This document shows, one piece after another, positions 38,254-50,602 of a DNA stretch of 64,000 nt. The notes beneath the pieces are model-generated. The model worked only from the letters and a program-made list of their open reading frames with translations, was not told where the DNA came from and did no database searches. Numbering within the stretch: the first letter of the stretch is position 1; every line of letters begins with the position of its first letter. The DNA is from Octopus sinensis. Lineage: Eukaryota. The stretch covers positions 5,394,001-5,458,000 of the forward strand of contig NC_043003.1 of assembly GCF_006345805.1 (NCBI RefSeq), in the 5' to 3' direction. A program made the position numbers and the translations under genes.

Positions 38254-39639
38254 ATCTGTGTATTCGTGTGAGATCAAACTACACTCTGTGACACTTCTGT
38301 CTTCAGCTGTTTGATCTGAGATTGCAACGATTTCAGCACCTTTCCACAGAACTTCTCTCCGGACCGATGCTAAACAGTACTTATAATAGCAGAGAATATC
38401 AGGGTCTATTTGACCTACACTATAGCACGCACACACACACACCTCCGCTAAACATACTTGCACCACACCAAACCTATTGCAGCTGTAACCACTCCAAACA
38501 TTTTACATAGCAACTATTTTATTTCACGACTGAGAATGTGTTCGTTGCTATCAGTTTCAGTCATACGTGTACACTTACATATACATACACAGCATATATA
38601 CATATACCCATATATATATATGTATATGTAGGTCACAGTAGAAATAATTTCTAGTAGACGGTATAAAAAATTCAAGTATGTCTTGTTAAGAATTTAATAT
38701 CAATTTCAGATCTAAAATAAACTTTTTGTATTTCTTTCCCGTTGTCTTTTCATTTTTATATCTTTCATGATTATTTTAAACCAAATTTTCTATCCATTTT
38801 CTTTTTTTCTATTCTTGCTCGCTTGTTTTCTTTAAATCTATCTTCTTTTACTGATTCTATCATCCTGTTGCTTTTTATTTGTTGTCCTTCCTTCTCTTTT
38901 TCTAATTCACCTTCTTCTTCCCCCTCCTCTTCCTCCACTTCCTCCTCCTGTTGTTGTCATTGTTTGTTCTTATTTTTCTTTATATTTTTCAAATTCTACT
39001 AACAATCAATGCTGTATTGTTATTGATTCAAAAAATGCTGGTAAACAAGATTTTTCTTTGTGGATTTGTTAAGACTCCAGAAATTCCGTTTGTCTTTAAC
39101 TGTTTAATAGTGACACACAGTGCTCGAGGAGAGCATCCACTTTCTACTTACAATCAACTCAACATTTTACCGGTGTATTAGTTCATATATTTACTGGTTG
39201 TCACCTCTCATTCTCTGTGTTTACTTTACATTCTTCATTCTCAATATTCATTTCATAGCCCCGAAAGAAAATTCTATACGAGAGAGTATTTCGTATATTT
39301 ATTGTTTTGATATATTTTTATTTCGCAATTTGGGGGACAATACGGTCGTTGATTAGAGATTTCCCTCCTAGACATATCACAGATTCACTGTATTTAAGAC
39401 GGCACCTATAACAAATGGACAATATCACCTGTTTTAAAGTAACTCGGATTATAAATAGTGGAAGTTACCCGTACAAACATAATTACATATAACTTGATAT
39501 ACAAACTACAAACTACTGTACAATCTCCATCAGCCAAAGACATTGATCTGCCTGATGCAGAGGCAGAAGACATTTTCGCAATGTTCAGCGTAGCGGGTTC
39601 AAATCCGAGAGAAGGCAAAAGCAGGGCATCAATCCAGAA

Positions 39640-41135
39640 ATAGTTATGGAAATATTAACCATTTTCCCTACATGGATGATCTGAAGCTTTTTAGTAAGAA
39701 TGAAAAAGGGATAGATTCCTTAATACGGACTGTAAAACTCTTCAGTAAAGATATAGGAATGGAATTTGGGATAGATAAGAGTGCAATATTAGTCATGAGA
39801 AGGGGACAGGTAGTCAACAGCGAAGGCATCCAATTACCAGATGGCCAGACGTTAATATCAATGAAAAGAGGAGAGAGTTATAATCATCTAGGAACATTAG
39901 AATCTCACAAAGTTCTAACTACACAAATGAGAACGAAAATTGAGAAGGAGTACATCTGAAGGGTAAGAAAGCGAATAAAGTCAAATCTAAATGGTCCGAA
40001 TCTAGTGAAGGCTGTAAATACTTGGACAGTATCATTACTTAGATACTCAGTAGCTTTTGTAGATTGGACAAAAACTGAATTTGCAGAGGTAGACAGAAGA
40101 ACTGGGAAGGAATTCAATATGAATTGAAGACTCCATCAAAGGGCAGGAGTAGCAAGATTATACCTACCTAGAGAGGAAGGTGAAAGATGGTTAATATCAG
40201 TGGAAGAGTTAGAAATAGTAGATATAGACTCCTATGTAGGTAATAGTGGAGAAAGTTTATTAAAAACTGCTAGAGTCACAGCTAGACATAGGAGGAACCA
40301 AAAAGCCAAACGAAGTTAAAACCAGAGAAATGAATAGAAGTTGTCTGATTGATAGGAGGTTTGGCATGGTAGATTTCCAAAGGTAGTTGCATCAAATAGT
40401 AGTAGTGAGATATGATTATGTTTGCAGAAAGGAAGGCAAAAAGTTTGTTAATAGCAGCACAAGATCAAGCATTAAGGACTAATTGGATAAACGCCAAGTT
40501 AGACAAAAACCAAGTAGATTCCCAACATAGGCTATGCAAATCAAAAAAGGAAAGAATTATTCATATAAAAAGTGAATGTAGCATGCCGGCCCAGAAAGGA
40601 TACAAGACAACACATTACAACTCAGGGAGAGTAATCCACTGGAGGTTATGTAGAAAGCTATGATTTGAATATAGTGCTAAATAGTATGAATATGAACCTA
40701 GTAAAGTCTATAAAGTAAGAAGTATAAGATGTAGTGGGACTTTGATATTCAGACTGACAGAGTAATAGAAGTTAAACGGCCTGATTGGGTAGTAGTAGAT
40801 AAAGAGAATAGTAATATTAACTTTAGTACAAAATGATGAAAAAAATCAATATGAGTGGTACAGAAAAATAGCAAAGTACCAGAACCTAGCCATTGGATTA
40901 CAGAGACTATGGAAAGTGCGGATAGAACGTATCGCAGCAGTTATAAGTGCATTGGGAACTATCCTTAAACATTTGAACAGATAGATTGAGGAAATAGGCA
41001 TAAAATCCAGTTTAGTACAGCTGCATAAAACTGTGTTATTAGAGACAGCTAGGATACCCAGGACAGTTCTTGGTATCTAACGTCGCGTGTTAGCCTGATG
41101 TTAGGATTTTTTCTTTTCCAACAGTCTAATCTGAA
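39640..41135 (+). mobile_element. R4/Dong-clade non-LTR retrotransposon, 5'-truncated and degenerate (copy 1)
   Basis: YMDDLKLF RT motif, MEFGIDKSAIL, AAQDQALRTN, CCHC-like HRLCKSKKERIIHIKSEC, RLE motif TDRVIEVKRPDWVVVDK, terminal VL(E)TARIPRTVLGI*. Confidence 0.9.
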
Positions 41136-41139
41136 AAAT

Positions 41140-42700
41140 AAGGAGTGTTACCTTGGTTCACTAGTAGGGAACAGTTGGCACCGGAGTACATCTCCAGCGC
41201 TAGAAGCTGTGCTAAGGCAATAAATAATGGTAAGAGAATTAGACCAAGCTGTACATTAAGAGTAACAACATCACACTATATGAAGCAAATTCAAGCCAAA
41301 TATACAAATACTTAGGAATCAATGAAATAGATAAGCTACAACACACATAAATGACAGAAAAGATAAGAAAACAATACTGTAGATGAGTTAGATTAATGCT
41401 GAAAACAGAGCTCAATACGAAAAACAAGATAATAGCTATCAACACTTTAGCCGTCCCAGTTATAATTTACAGCTACAATATCCTTAACTGGACTCTAAAT
41501 GAACTAACCAAAATAGACAGGAAAACAAGAAAAATAAGGACAGGATTTAAGATGCACCACCCAGATCTGAAACATAGAAAAGTTATATATAAAAGGTCTC
41601 GAAGGTGGTAGAGACCTTATACAGTTAGAAAACTATTACAAAATAACCACCATAGGATTACAGAAATACCTACTTCAGAAGTAAGGAAGACTGATACAAA
41701 CTGCCACAAGACACGAACAAAAGGAGAAACTGTTTTCTCTCTTTAAGGAAGCTGACAAATACAAAAAAGAAGTTTTATGGTACCTAACAACTATGAAGAA
41801 AAAGAAGAAACAACAAAAGCTGTAAGACAACTGGAAGAACAACGTATCGTGACAACACGATGGCAAGTAAAGCGCCTGGATGGCAAATACAGGGTTAAGC
41901 TAAAGAGAAAAGAAATAGACAAAACAAAATCCCAACAATGGCTGAGAAGCTGGGGACTCAAAGCAGAGACTGAAGGATTTTTACATGCATCACAAATCAA
42001 AGCCTTTCCACCAGAAATCACCAAAAGCACATAATGAATAGAAACACAAATAACTGTAGAATATGTGGTGATGGAGAAGAAACAACAAATCATATTGTCT
42101 CAGGCTGCTCAATTCTGGCTAAGAAGGAATATGTTCACAGACACAACAGAGTTGGGACCTATATACACTGGACGCTATGGCAACACTATGGGATGACAAC
42201 AGAAAAAAGATGGTATGGGCACACCCCAGAAAAGGGTCACAGAAAATGAGAAAGAAACCATAATCTGGGAGATGACAATACACAGAGATAGAGAAATCAA
42301 AGCTGCAGGGATCACGAAGAAAAGCAATGCTTTCTGATCGATGTACCAATACCAACAGATGAACGTATTTGTCTAAAAGAAACGGGGCGAACTTTCAAAA
42401 TACAAAGACCTGGAAATAGAGGTAACTCGAATGTAGAGTCTAAAAACAGAAACAATTCCTATCATACTAAGCGCATTAGGTATAATAAGAAAAAAACATT
42501 CTGATAAATACATAAAACCCCCAAGACTAACAAGTATATATAACGGAAAATAACACTACTAGGCACCGTACCCTAACCCTACGTGCGAACACTTTCAATA
42601 CAATGAAAATAAGAGCGCCACAACAAACCACGGCATATACCCAAGGTACAAAGAGCTGCGTTCGGTAGTGCAGTGAAAGCACGTGATAAAAATAATACTA
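41140..42700 (+). mobile_element. R4/Dong-clade non-LTR retrotransposon, 5'-truncated and degenerate (copy 2, different family)
   Basis: YKYLGIN, NKIIAINTLAVPVIIYSY, KIDRKTRK, GLKAETEGFL, CRICGDGEETTNHIVSGCSILAKKEYVHRH, CFLIDVPIP and ALGII; 3' end abuts (TAA)n. Confidence 0.92.
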
Positions 42701-42754
<54 letters not shown>

Positions 42755-42758
42755 AATA

Positions 42759-42812
<54 letters not shown>

Positions 42813-42822
42813 TAATAATAAT
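42700..42822. repeat. (TAA)n array
   Basis: About 40 units with occasional TGA. Confidence 0.97.
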
Positions 42823-43020
42823 AACGTTCCTTTCTACTATAGGTACTAGGCCTAAAATTTGAGACAGGGGGCCAGTCGATTACATCGACCCCAGTGTGTA
42901 ACTGATATTTATTTGATCGACCTCGAAAGGATGAAACTTAAAGAATTTGAACTCAAAACGAAGCGATGGGCAAAATACCGCTAAGTATTTCATCCAGCGT
43001 GCTAACGATACTGCCAGATA
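42823..43020 (-). mobile_element. Family A-related SINE variant with (ATT)n tail
   Basis: CCTTTCTACTATAGG...GTCGATTACATCGACCCCAGTG...GAATTTGAACTC...ATACCGCTAAG; its 3' end is the adjacent TAA array read on the minus strand. Confidence 0.75.
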
Positions 43021-43189
43021 GCAAAACGTTCCTGGACTAGTGCTGTAGCGCGCCAACAGATCGCAGCACACGGCTGCTTGCGAAGTGAGAGTTAGCAGTG
43101 ACCTTCATGAGGCAGTGTTCTGAGTGGCATTGCTGTTCTTACTTCGAAAGTTCTAACATTTGTGTTTTTGTGATCACGTGTATGTTGTG

Positions 43190-43705
43190 TTTGTGATTTT
43201 GTCAGGGACATGAACAAAAAGCCAATGTGAAATTTTGCGTTAAACTTGGGAAGTCTGCTACAGAGACATTGAGCATAGTTCGGCAAGCTTACTGCGATGG
43301 CACCATGGGTCGTACGCAATGCCTTGAATGTCACTACTGCCTCAAAAGCGGAGGAACGTCCCTGGATGACGATGAGTAACTTAGAAGATCTTTCACGCGT
43401 GTCAACACCGGAAATATGGTGCAGTGCATCGAGAATTCAACCTCCGGAGCCAGTCCGTCAATACAGAGCTTTACAGCGACGTTTTGAGGATATTCGGCGA
43501 AAGTGAAAGGATCTGTGGAGTGCGAAAAATCGGATTCTTCTCCACGACAATGCACCGTCACTGAGCTTTCCTCACTCGAAAGCAACATGCTATCATTTCT
43601 ACGACAGCTTTATTCGGCAGGTCTAGCACCTAAGGGCTTCCATCTCTTCTCCAAGGGGTAAAATGCAGCTCAAAGTTAGTCGTTTTAACACCGTTGTCGA
43701 GGTCT
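43190..43705 (+). mobile_element. mariner (Tc1/mariner) transposase remnant with internal deletion
   Basis: EQKANVKFCVKLGKSATETLSIVRQAYCDGTMGRTQC..SGGTSLDDDE HTH region, ILLHDNAP, YSAGLAPKGFHLF (decayed YSPDLAP.DF.LF). Confidence 0.9.
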
Positions 43706-43707
43706 CG

Positions 43708-43869
43708 AAGACTCAAAGAGAACCATCTACCCTTAAAAGTTTAAGTGAGCTATTCTGCTCTGAACAGAGGCCCAGTATTCTGAGCTCCACAGCTCAGAAT
43801 ACTGGGCCTCTGTTCAGAGCAGAATTGCTCACTTAAACTTTTATGGGTAGATGGTTCTCTTTGAGTCTT
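43708..43869. repeat. Near-perfect 79-bp-arm hairpin
   Basis: Arms 43708-43786 and 43791-43869, loop CCAC, 2 mismatches. Confidence 0.95.
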
Positions 43870-44164
43870 TTGAGAGAAACCCTTCAAGATATGGTGCCTC
43901 AATAAAAATTACTGATTTTTGCGTCACCTAGCAACACTTTCCTCTGCATGACAATAATGGATAAAAGAATTAATACAAGCAATGGAACAAATGTGGATGA
44001 AGCTACAGGTGACGGACTTAGGCGCGGCAGGTGCCCTGTGGGTGAGCGGCGCAGTCCCGGTCGTCATTACACAGCTGCCAGAACAAAACGGTCTAAAGCG
44101 ATGAATGAGACCTTTGACAACAGGATGTCGTCCTTCTCTTACAAAGTAAAATGAAAAGTAAAAT

Positions 44165-44520
44165 GAAAATAATAATAATCCCTTTTGCTAATGGCGCAAG
44201 GTCTTAAATGCTGAAGGTAGAGAGTTAGTCGTTTACATTCAGAGCATAACTGAAATTTATCTTATCGACCCCGAAATGGAATTTTAGCACAAAATGTAAA
44301 TATGTAAGAGACGCTGCTAAGCAGTAGTGTACTATCGGTTCTGCCCCCTCGCCGCCTTCATCACAATAATAATTGTTTTTAGTTTTGTCACAAGGCCAGC
44401 AATTTTTGGTTGTGTGGCTTATCTCGGTTTTATCGACTCAAGTGCTAAACTGGTCCTTATCGACGACGGATGGAAGATATACAAAGTCGACGTCTTCGGA
44501 ATTTGAACTCAGCGACGACA
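44165..44520 (-). mobile_element. Two degenerate family A-related SINEs with short (ATT)n tails
   Basis: ATAATAAT followed by tail motif, TTATCGAC and GAATTTGAACTC remnants, seen twice. Confidence 0.6.
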
Positions 44521-45143
44521 ATTCTTTGTTGTGTACTCCTTACAAAAATACTCATATGATAAACAGATTTTAAGAGTGTTTGGCTAAAAAGTTTGACTGT
44601 TTGCTTGTCTGAGGATAGGGTCTGAGAAACTGGACGGAATGGAGACATGCAAGTCTCTCAGTGACTTTTCTGGATATGTGAAACAAAATTCCTAAGATTT
44701 GAGATCAAGATGGAAAAAAATCGTCATCAACTCTGATATTTAGATCAACAGCCAGAAGACAACACTCTAAACAACAGCAGTAACAACAACAAGAGCAACA
44801 ACTATGCTATATTATCGATTAAATAATTAGTATGCAAGCCCTGCAATTAGTGTTTGTATCGTAATTAGGGTCTTTAAAAAATGGAGTTGGAAATAAAATG
44901 TGTAAATATATAAACTGGTTGACATTGATTAAGTTTCTATTTATTGTTGTTGTTCCTGATAATAATATTTCATTTTTTTTTTGCTGTTCAAGTTGTAGAA
45001 TTCCCTAATCTATCGTCATCAACTTTACTGACAATCACGTGTTTTCCAGTCGACTACACCGTTTAAATTTACATAATGCATACATGTATACACACATATA
45101 TGTGTGTGTGTGTACGAGTGTGTGTATGTATATATGTATGCCC

Positions 45144-45206
<63 letters not shown>

Positions 45207-45234
45207 ATATATCAATATATATAATTCCACCCAA

Positions 45235-45850
45235 CAAGCCAGGTCTCACTATCACAACAACAACAGCCTACTACTGATACTACATTGGAAGTACCTTGCT
45301 TGGCACCACTATCTAACCTGATTCCACCCAGCTCTGCTGTTGCAAGTCAAGTTGCACTGCAGCTACAGAAACAATAACAATAGTCTGTTACTGCTAGTAC
45401 AGTGGGACCACTGACCAACGAGCCTGCCAGTATAGAAAAACCTCTACTATGCCCCCGTCAAAAACCCTGTCGTTTCCATTCTCAAGGTAACTGTAGATTT
45501 GGCTCCAGCGGCACCAATTTGTTAAGGGCACGTGTCCATATGGTATAACGGAAAAAACTGCCCTCACCTCCACCCCAAATAGTCCTAAATACAGAGGCCA
45601 TGGCCCTGATTCTAAATATGCATGCACAAAAGGTAATGGATGCACCTTCTTCCGTCCTAAACTTTGCCAAACTTCTGTGTCACTAAGGATGTGTCTGAAC
45701 CCAGAATGCAACCATCACCATCTGAAGGGCACAAAACGATCAAAAAATAAATATAAACAGCAACTGAGGAGACCTACGACAACAACAAAAACAAAATACA
45801 ACCACATTTCACCTCCGACAACCAAACTTTCTGGTTAAAAAATTAATAGA
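45235..45850 (+). mobile_element. LINE ORF1-like remnant with CCCH-type zinc-finger repeats
   Basis: KPCRFHSQGNCRFG, CPYGI..KNCPHLHPK, ACTKGNGCTFFRPKLCQTSVSLRMCLNPECNHHHLKGTKR across frameshifts; pattern typical of CR1/L2-group ORF1 in invertebrates. Confidence 0.65.
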
Positions 45851-45928
45851 AATCTTACAAACCACGCGGATAATGCCCCCTTCATCAGGAAAGCTATCTT
45901 CATAAAATCACATTCTTGACAATTCTTG

Positions 45929-45970
<42 letters not shown>

Positions 45971-46624
45971 ATGTGTGTGTGTATATGCACACACATAAAT
46001 ACATACATAAATAGAGAGAACGAAAGAGGGGAGAGAAAAAGAGAGAGACAAAGATAAAGAGTGGGAGAGATAAATTATTCTTAATTATTTTATTAGCATT
46101 GTGGTCTGTTATAAACAATTGTTCTAATGATGTGAGGGAAAATAAACATTAGTTAAACTCCTTTTAATGAACGTCCAACTACATTGAACTCATTCACCGC
46201 TCAATATATTCTGTCATTCTGTCATTCTGTAACTTTCTAATAAGAATGTAAACTGAAACGTATATATTATAATTGTTTCTCACATCCCACTTATCAAACA
46301 CGTTTCCCAGATACCTTAACAGTCATGCAACTACACACACGCATACATACATATATACATATATACATACATACTTACATATACACAGGCATGTGTGTGT
46401 GTGTTTGTGTGTGTGTTTGTGTGTGTGTGTGTGTTTCTGCTTATATTCGCATGCATGAAGATATGTCTGCCTAACGAATATTCATCCTGTTATAAACGTT
46501 GTGATTGACTGAGACAATGTCTTACTTATTTCTACTTAATTCCTCAATATGATCTATCAGTCTTTTCTACTCTAGCCAGAAGGGCCAAATTTTTTTTTTT
46601 TTTTTTTGGTGGGGGTTGTACAAA

Positions 46625-47384
46625 TCGATTAGATCGACCCCAGAACGCAACTGGTACTTAATTTATAAACCCCGAAAGGATGAAAGGCAAAGCCGACCTC
46701 GGCGGAATTTCAACTCATAGCATAAAGACATGAAATACCTATTTCTTTACTACCCCCAAGGGGCTAAACACAGAGGGGACAAACAAGGACAGGCAAACAG
46801 ATTCAGTCGATTATATCGACCCCAGTGCGTAACTGGTACTTATTTAATCGACCCTGAAAGGATAAAAGGCAAAGTCGACCTCGGCGGAATTTGAACTCAG
46901 AAAGTAGCGGCAGACGAAATACCGCTAAGCATTTCACCCGGCGTACTAACGTTACTTAGTTCTTTATTGCCCACAAGGGGCTAAACATAGAGGGAACAAA
47001 CAAAGACAGACATAGGTATTAAGTCGATTACATCGACCCCAGTGCGTAACTGGTGCTTAATTTATCGAGCCCGAAAGGATTAAAAGCAAAGTCGACCTCG
47101 TCGGAATTTGAACTCAGAACGTAACGGCACGGCAGACGAAATACCTATTTCTTTATTACCCACAAGGGGCTAAACACAGAGGGGACAAACAAGGACAGAC
47201 ATAGGTATTAAGTCGATTACATCGACCCCAGTGCGTAACTGGTACTTAATTTATCGACCCCGAAAGGATGAAAGGCAAAGTCGACCTCGGCGGAATTTGA
47301 ACTCAGAACGTAACGGCACGGCAGACGAAATACCGCTAAGCATTTCGCCCGGCATGCTAACGTTTCTGCCAGCTCGCCGCCTTA
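46625..47384 (-). mobile_element. Family A SINE tandem multimer (about 4 units)
   Basis: Units of about 175 bp; junction GAAATACC|TATTTCTTT near 46735 and 47145; full head only at the right end. Confidence 0.93.
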
Positions 47385-47712
47385 GGCTGATCTGTCATTA
47401 CAGGTACTCCGCCCTTGATCATTCACTATATTTAAATCGACAATTCGCGTTCGGTAGATGGACCCCATTTATAACTTTTGATAAAACCATCGTAGAAGTA
47501 AATATATTGTATCGGTAACCTTTCACGGTTAGTAAACATTATTGTTTAGCCGAGCAAGTAATGAAGGTTACTCTGGCTGTTTCTTATTAAACTTCATCTG
47601 TGGAATACGGCGTTAAATTACATGAATATCAATTTCGACATTGGCTAAAATGGCATCTAATTTTTGATGTTTAGCCGAGGTCAGCGTCGATAGAATAAAA
47701 CTAAGAAAAATG

Positions 47713-48127
47713 GGATCTTTTCGGTTTGAACGGCAGTTTTTCTAGCGGTCTCATATGAAATTGTCACCCATAATTATGACCCTAGTATCGCTCTATTACA
47801 TTTCAATCTGTTTTAGGGTTAGGGTTAGGGGTGGGAGGAAGGGTATCTTTTTGTCTTCAGAAATGTAAATAAACCCAATCTGTTTCTTAAATGAGGGACA
47901 TATTCATACGGCACAGAATGTTTTCACCTCAATAAACGTCAGTGATTGGTTGAAATTGCAGAAATTGAAGAAAAAATCAACAAATATCTTACAAACTATA
48001 GAATTTTCTTAATAAAGCCAAGAGAAAAAGATGTTTTATAAACACATTCTACCTTATACGAAGTTTAAAAGTGTTTAGTTACGTGGAAATTATTTTTAAA
48101 AAACTGCTGTTCAAACCGAAAAGATCC
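47713..48127. mobile_element. Non-autonomous DNA transposon (MITE) with ~29-bp TIRs and 8-bp TSD
   Basis: TIR GGATCTTTTCGGTTTGAACGGCAGTTTTT / AAAAACTGCTGTTCAAACCGAAAAGATCC; exact TSD GAAAAATG at 47705-47712 and 48128-48135; internal TTAGGGTTAGGGTTAGGG. Confidence 0.93.
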
Positions 48128-49149
48128 GAAAAATGGTGTGCAAGCATTGATTATTTTTTTCTTTTAAGTTAATGTTGACATCAACAACGTCTACACAAAC
48201 ATCGAATAAGTAGATGTGCATCGCCGTTCAAGTTTAACTTTCTGAATCTAAATGAAACGCACCGTTTAATATCATTTACAAGCATAGAAACTTCACTTAA
48301 GCGCAAGCCCTCTTGCGCCCAGTCTACAAAACACACCAGAAACTCTTTCAGAAAGAAGGACTCATTTGGATTGTGTTTCCCAATGTAAAAAATATTTGAA
48401 TAATAGATGGAATAGTCACGGCCGGAAATCTTTCATTATAGACCTCCTTGATCAGCGTTGAACTGCACACAAACAGTTAAAAACAAATGAAAATCTTGGA
48501 TATTTCTAAAGCAAACAATTATAAAAATCAATTTGTTAGAAACTCTTAAATTCCTGGTATAACTTGTTAAATCTGAAGCATCGTCAATCCACTGCAAGTT
48601 GAGATGTGGTAGAGTTTAGGGCTAAATACTCCAGATTGCCCGAACTCTACACTTTTTAGATCGCTGACGGTGAACAATAATCTTGACAAAGTGTTTCAGT
48701 GTCAATGAGTGTAATTTCATTCCAGAGTCCTTTACAAGATTTCTAATCTTTTCATTTAATTATTAAATTGAATTGTTCCGAAAACAAAAGCGTTTCCAGA
48801 ACAATAACATGTTCAATAAATTTAGGAATTGTTACTGATTTCTCCCTGTTAGTCTCTAAAGCAAATGCTGCAAGGCAGAGGAGAACTGTATCTTATTATA
48901 CAAAACCCCATGAATGAACTTTGATACATTTCCTTGGTCTCCAAGCCTTAGGAATGAATGCTCAAGTCAACAGATTCTAAACTTTTGTAAAATCTAAACA
49001 CGTTTTTGTTGCTTTGTTTCGTTATTTCCCTGGCGTCGGTTCCGGTGTAAAAATGGTGTATATATTCAGACATTTGATATTTGAAAATAGATAAATTTCA
49101 GTCGATTTATTTCGCCTTTTTGCTTCCAAATCGATGTTATTCGAAAAGT

Positions 49150-49385
49150 TAAATCGGTGACTTGACGGAATCGTTTGTACACCGGAAGGGGGGAGGGGCG
49201 TAATTTATCGAGGAATTTCGTCCATCTTCATTTCCTGAGTTCAAGTTTTGCCGAGGTTCGCATTGCCATTTATCCTTTCGGGGTCGATAAAATAAGTACC
49301 AGTTACGAACTGGGGTCGACACCATCAAATTTCCCCTCTCCACAATATCTTAGGCCTTTGTCTATAGCAGAAAGGATTATTCGAA
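49150..49385 (+). mobile_element. Degenerate family A-related SINE
   Basis: CTGAGTTCAAGTTTTGCCGAGGT..TTTATCCTTTCGGGGTCGATAAAATAAGTACCAG. Confidence 0.75.
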
Positions 49386-49748
49386 AGTTTGGCGCATTCG
49401 CTAGAGAAGTAATTTCCTAGCCAATGACACAAGCCAATTGCAGCTATTTTTTTGGTAACCGTTTTCTAGTTCCTTGCAGAGGATTCAAAGTTATAATCTC
49501 CATTTATTTCCTCTCTGATAGACAGGGTATATCTAAACATCAGGATTTACCAAGTGTGTTTCTACCCAGTAACCTGACCAACAAATATCATCTGAACCAT
49601 ACATTTTAGTCATTAAATACCATTTCTATTCATTTTTGAAAAAATACTCAATACAGAAAATCTTAAACAAGATTTAGGATGTTCATGGCTTGACTATATT
49701 AAATAATATGAATGCCTACACAAGACTGACTTGGAGTGAAGCAACAAA

Positions 49749-50602
49749 GGATCTTTTCACTTTGACCGGCAGATTTAAAAAATAATTTCTTTGTAACTAA
49801 ACACTTTTAAACTTCGTATACTGGTAGAATGTGTTACATAAAACATCTTTTTCTCTTGGCTTTCTTGAGAAAATTCTGTTGTTTGTAACATATTTGTTGT
49901 TTAATTTCTTGCATTTCGGCAATTTCAACTAATCAATGACGTCTATTGAAGTGAATACAATTTCTGCGGTTCTTTGTCACCAACAATTATTTGCGGTGTC
50001 ATATCAGTTTGTCACTGTTATTTACGAGAAAAAGGATACCCTAACCATAACCATAACCTCACATATATAAACAAATAAAAATTTTACGGAAATTGACGAT
50101 CTTCAAACGTAAACAAATACACGTGTGTCGCCATAAACTAAGGTGTCACTCGTAAACAGAGCTGGATAACAAAACAGTTCCCTCATTAGTGTCCAGCCAT
50201 AATTATGACCCTAGTATCGACCTATTGCATTTCAATCTGTTTTAGGGTTAGGGGTTAGGGTATCTTCTTTCTTCAGAAATGTAAATAAACCCAATCTGTT
50301 TCTTAAACGAATATATAATATGTATATCAGTGCAACAGAGAAGGAAATTAAAACTGCTTATGTTGTGAACTTAGAATATGTGTTTATTAATAAAAGTTTA
50401 ATAACGATAATCTTTTATTCATACGAACGTAACTGATATGCAAGAAATTAAACAACAAATAGCTTACAAACTACAGAATTTTCTCAATAAAGCCAAGAGA
50501 AAAGATGTTTTATGTAACACATTCTACCATTATACGAAGTTTAAAAGTGTTTAGTTACAAAGAAATTATTTTTAAAATCTGCGGGTCAAAGTGAAAAGAT
50601 CC
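49749..50602. mobile_element. Fold-back DNA transposon related to 47713-48127, long TIRs, 8-bp TSD
   Basis: GGATCTTTTCACTTTGACC...GGTCAAAGTGAAAAGATCC with more than 130 bp of arm complementarity; TSD GCAACAAA/GCAATAAA; CCTAACCATAACC in the left half and TTAGGGTTAGGGGTTAGGG in the right half. Confidence 0.9.

Noticed and set aside
46625-47384. Regular repeats resembling a CRISPR or tRNA array
   Set aside because: The units are ~175-bp SINE bodies with no unique spacers, in a eukaryotic context with no cas genes.
47813-47830. TTAGGG repeats as a telomere or chromosome-fusion scar
   Set aside because: Only about three units, internal to a TIR element and present in both family copies.
48150-49130. 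Possible transposase fossil between the two fold-back elements
   Set aside because: Only vague similarity (WIDDASD) with many stops; it lies outside both TSD-bounded elements.
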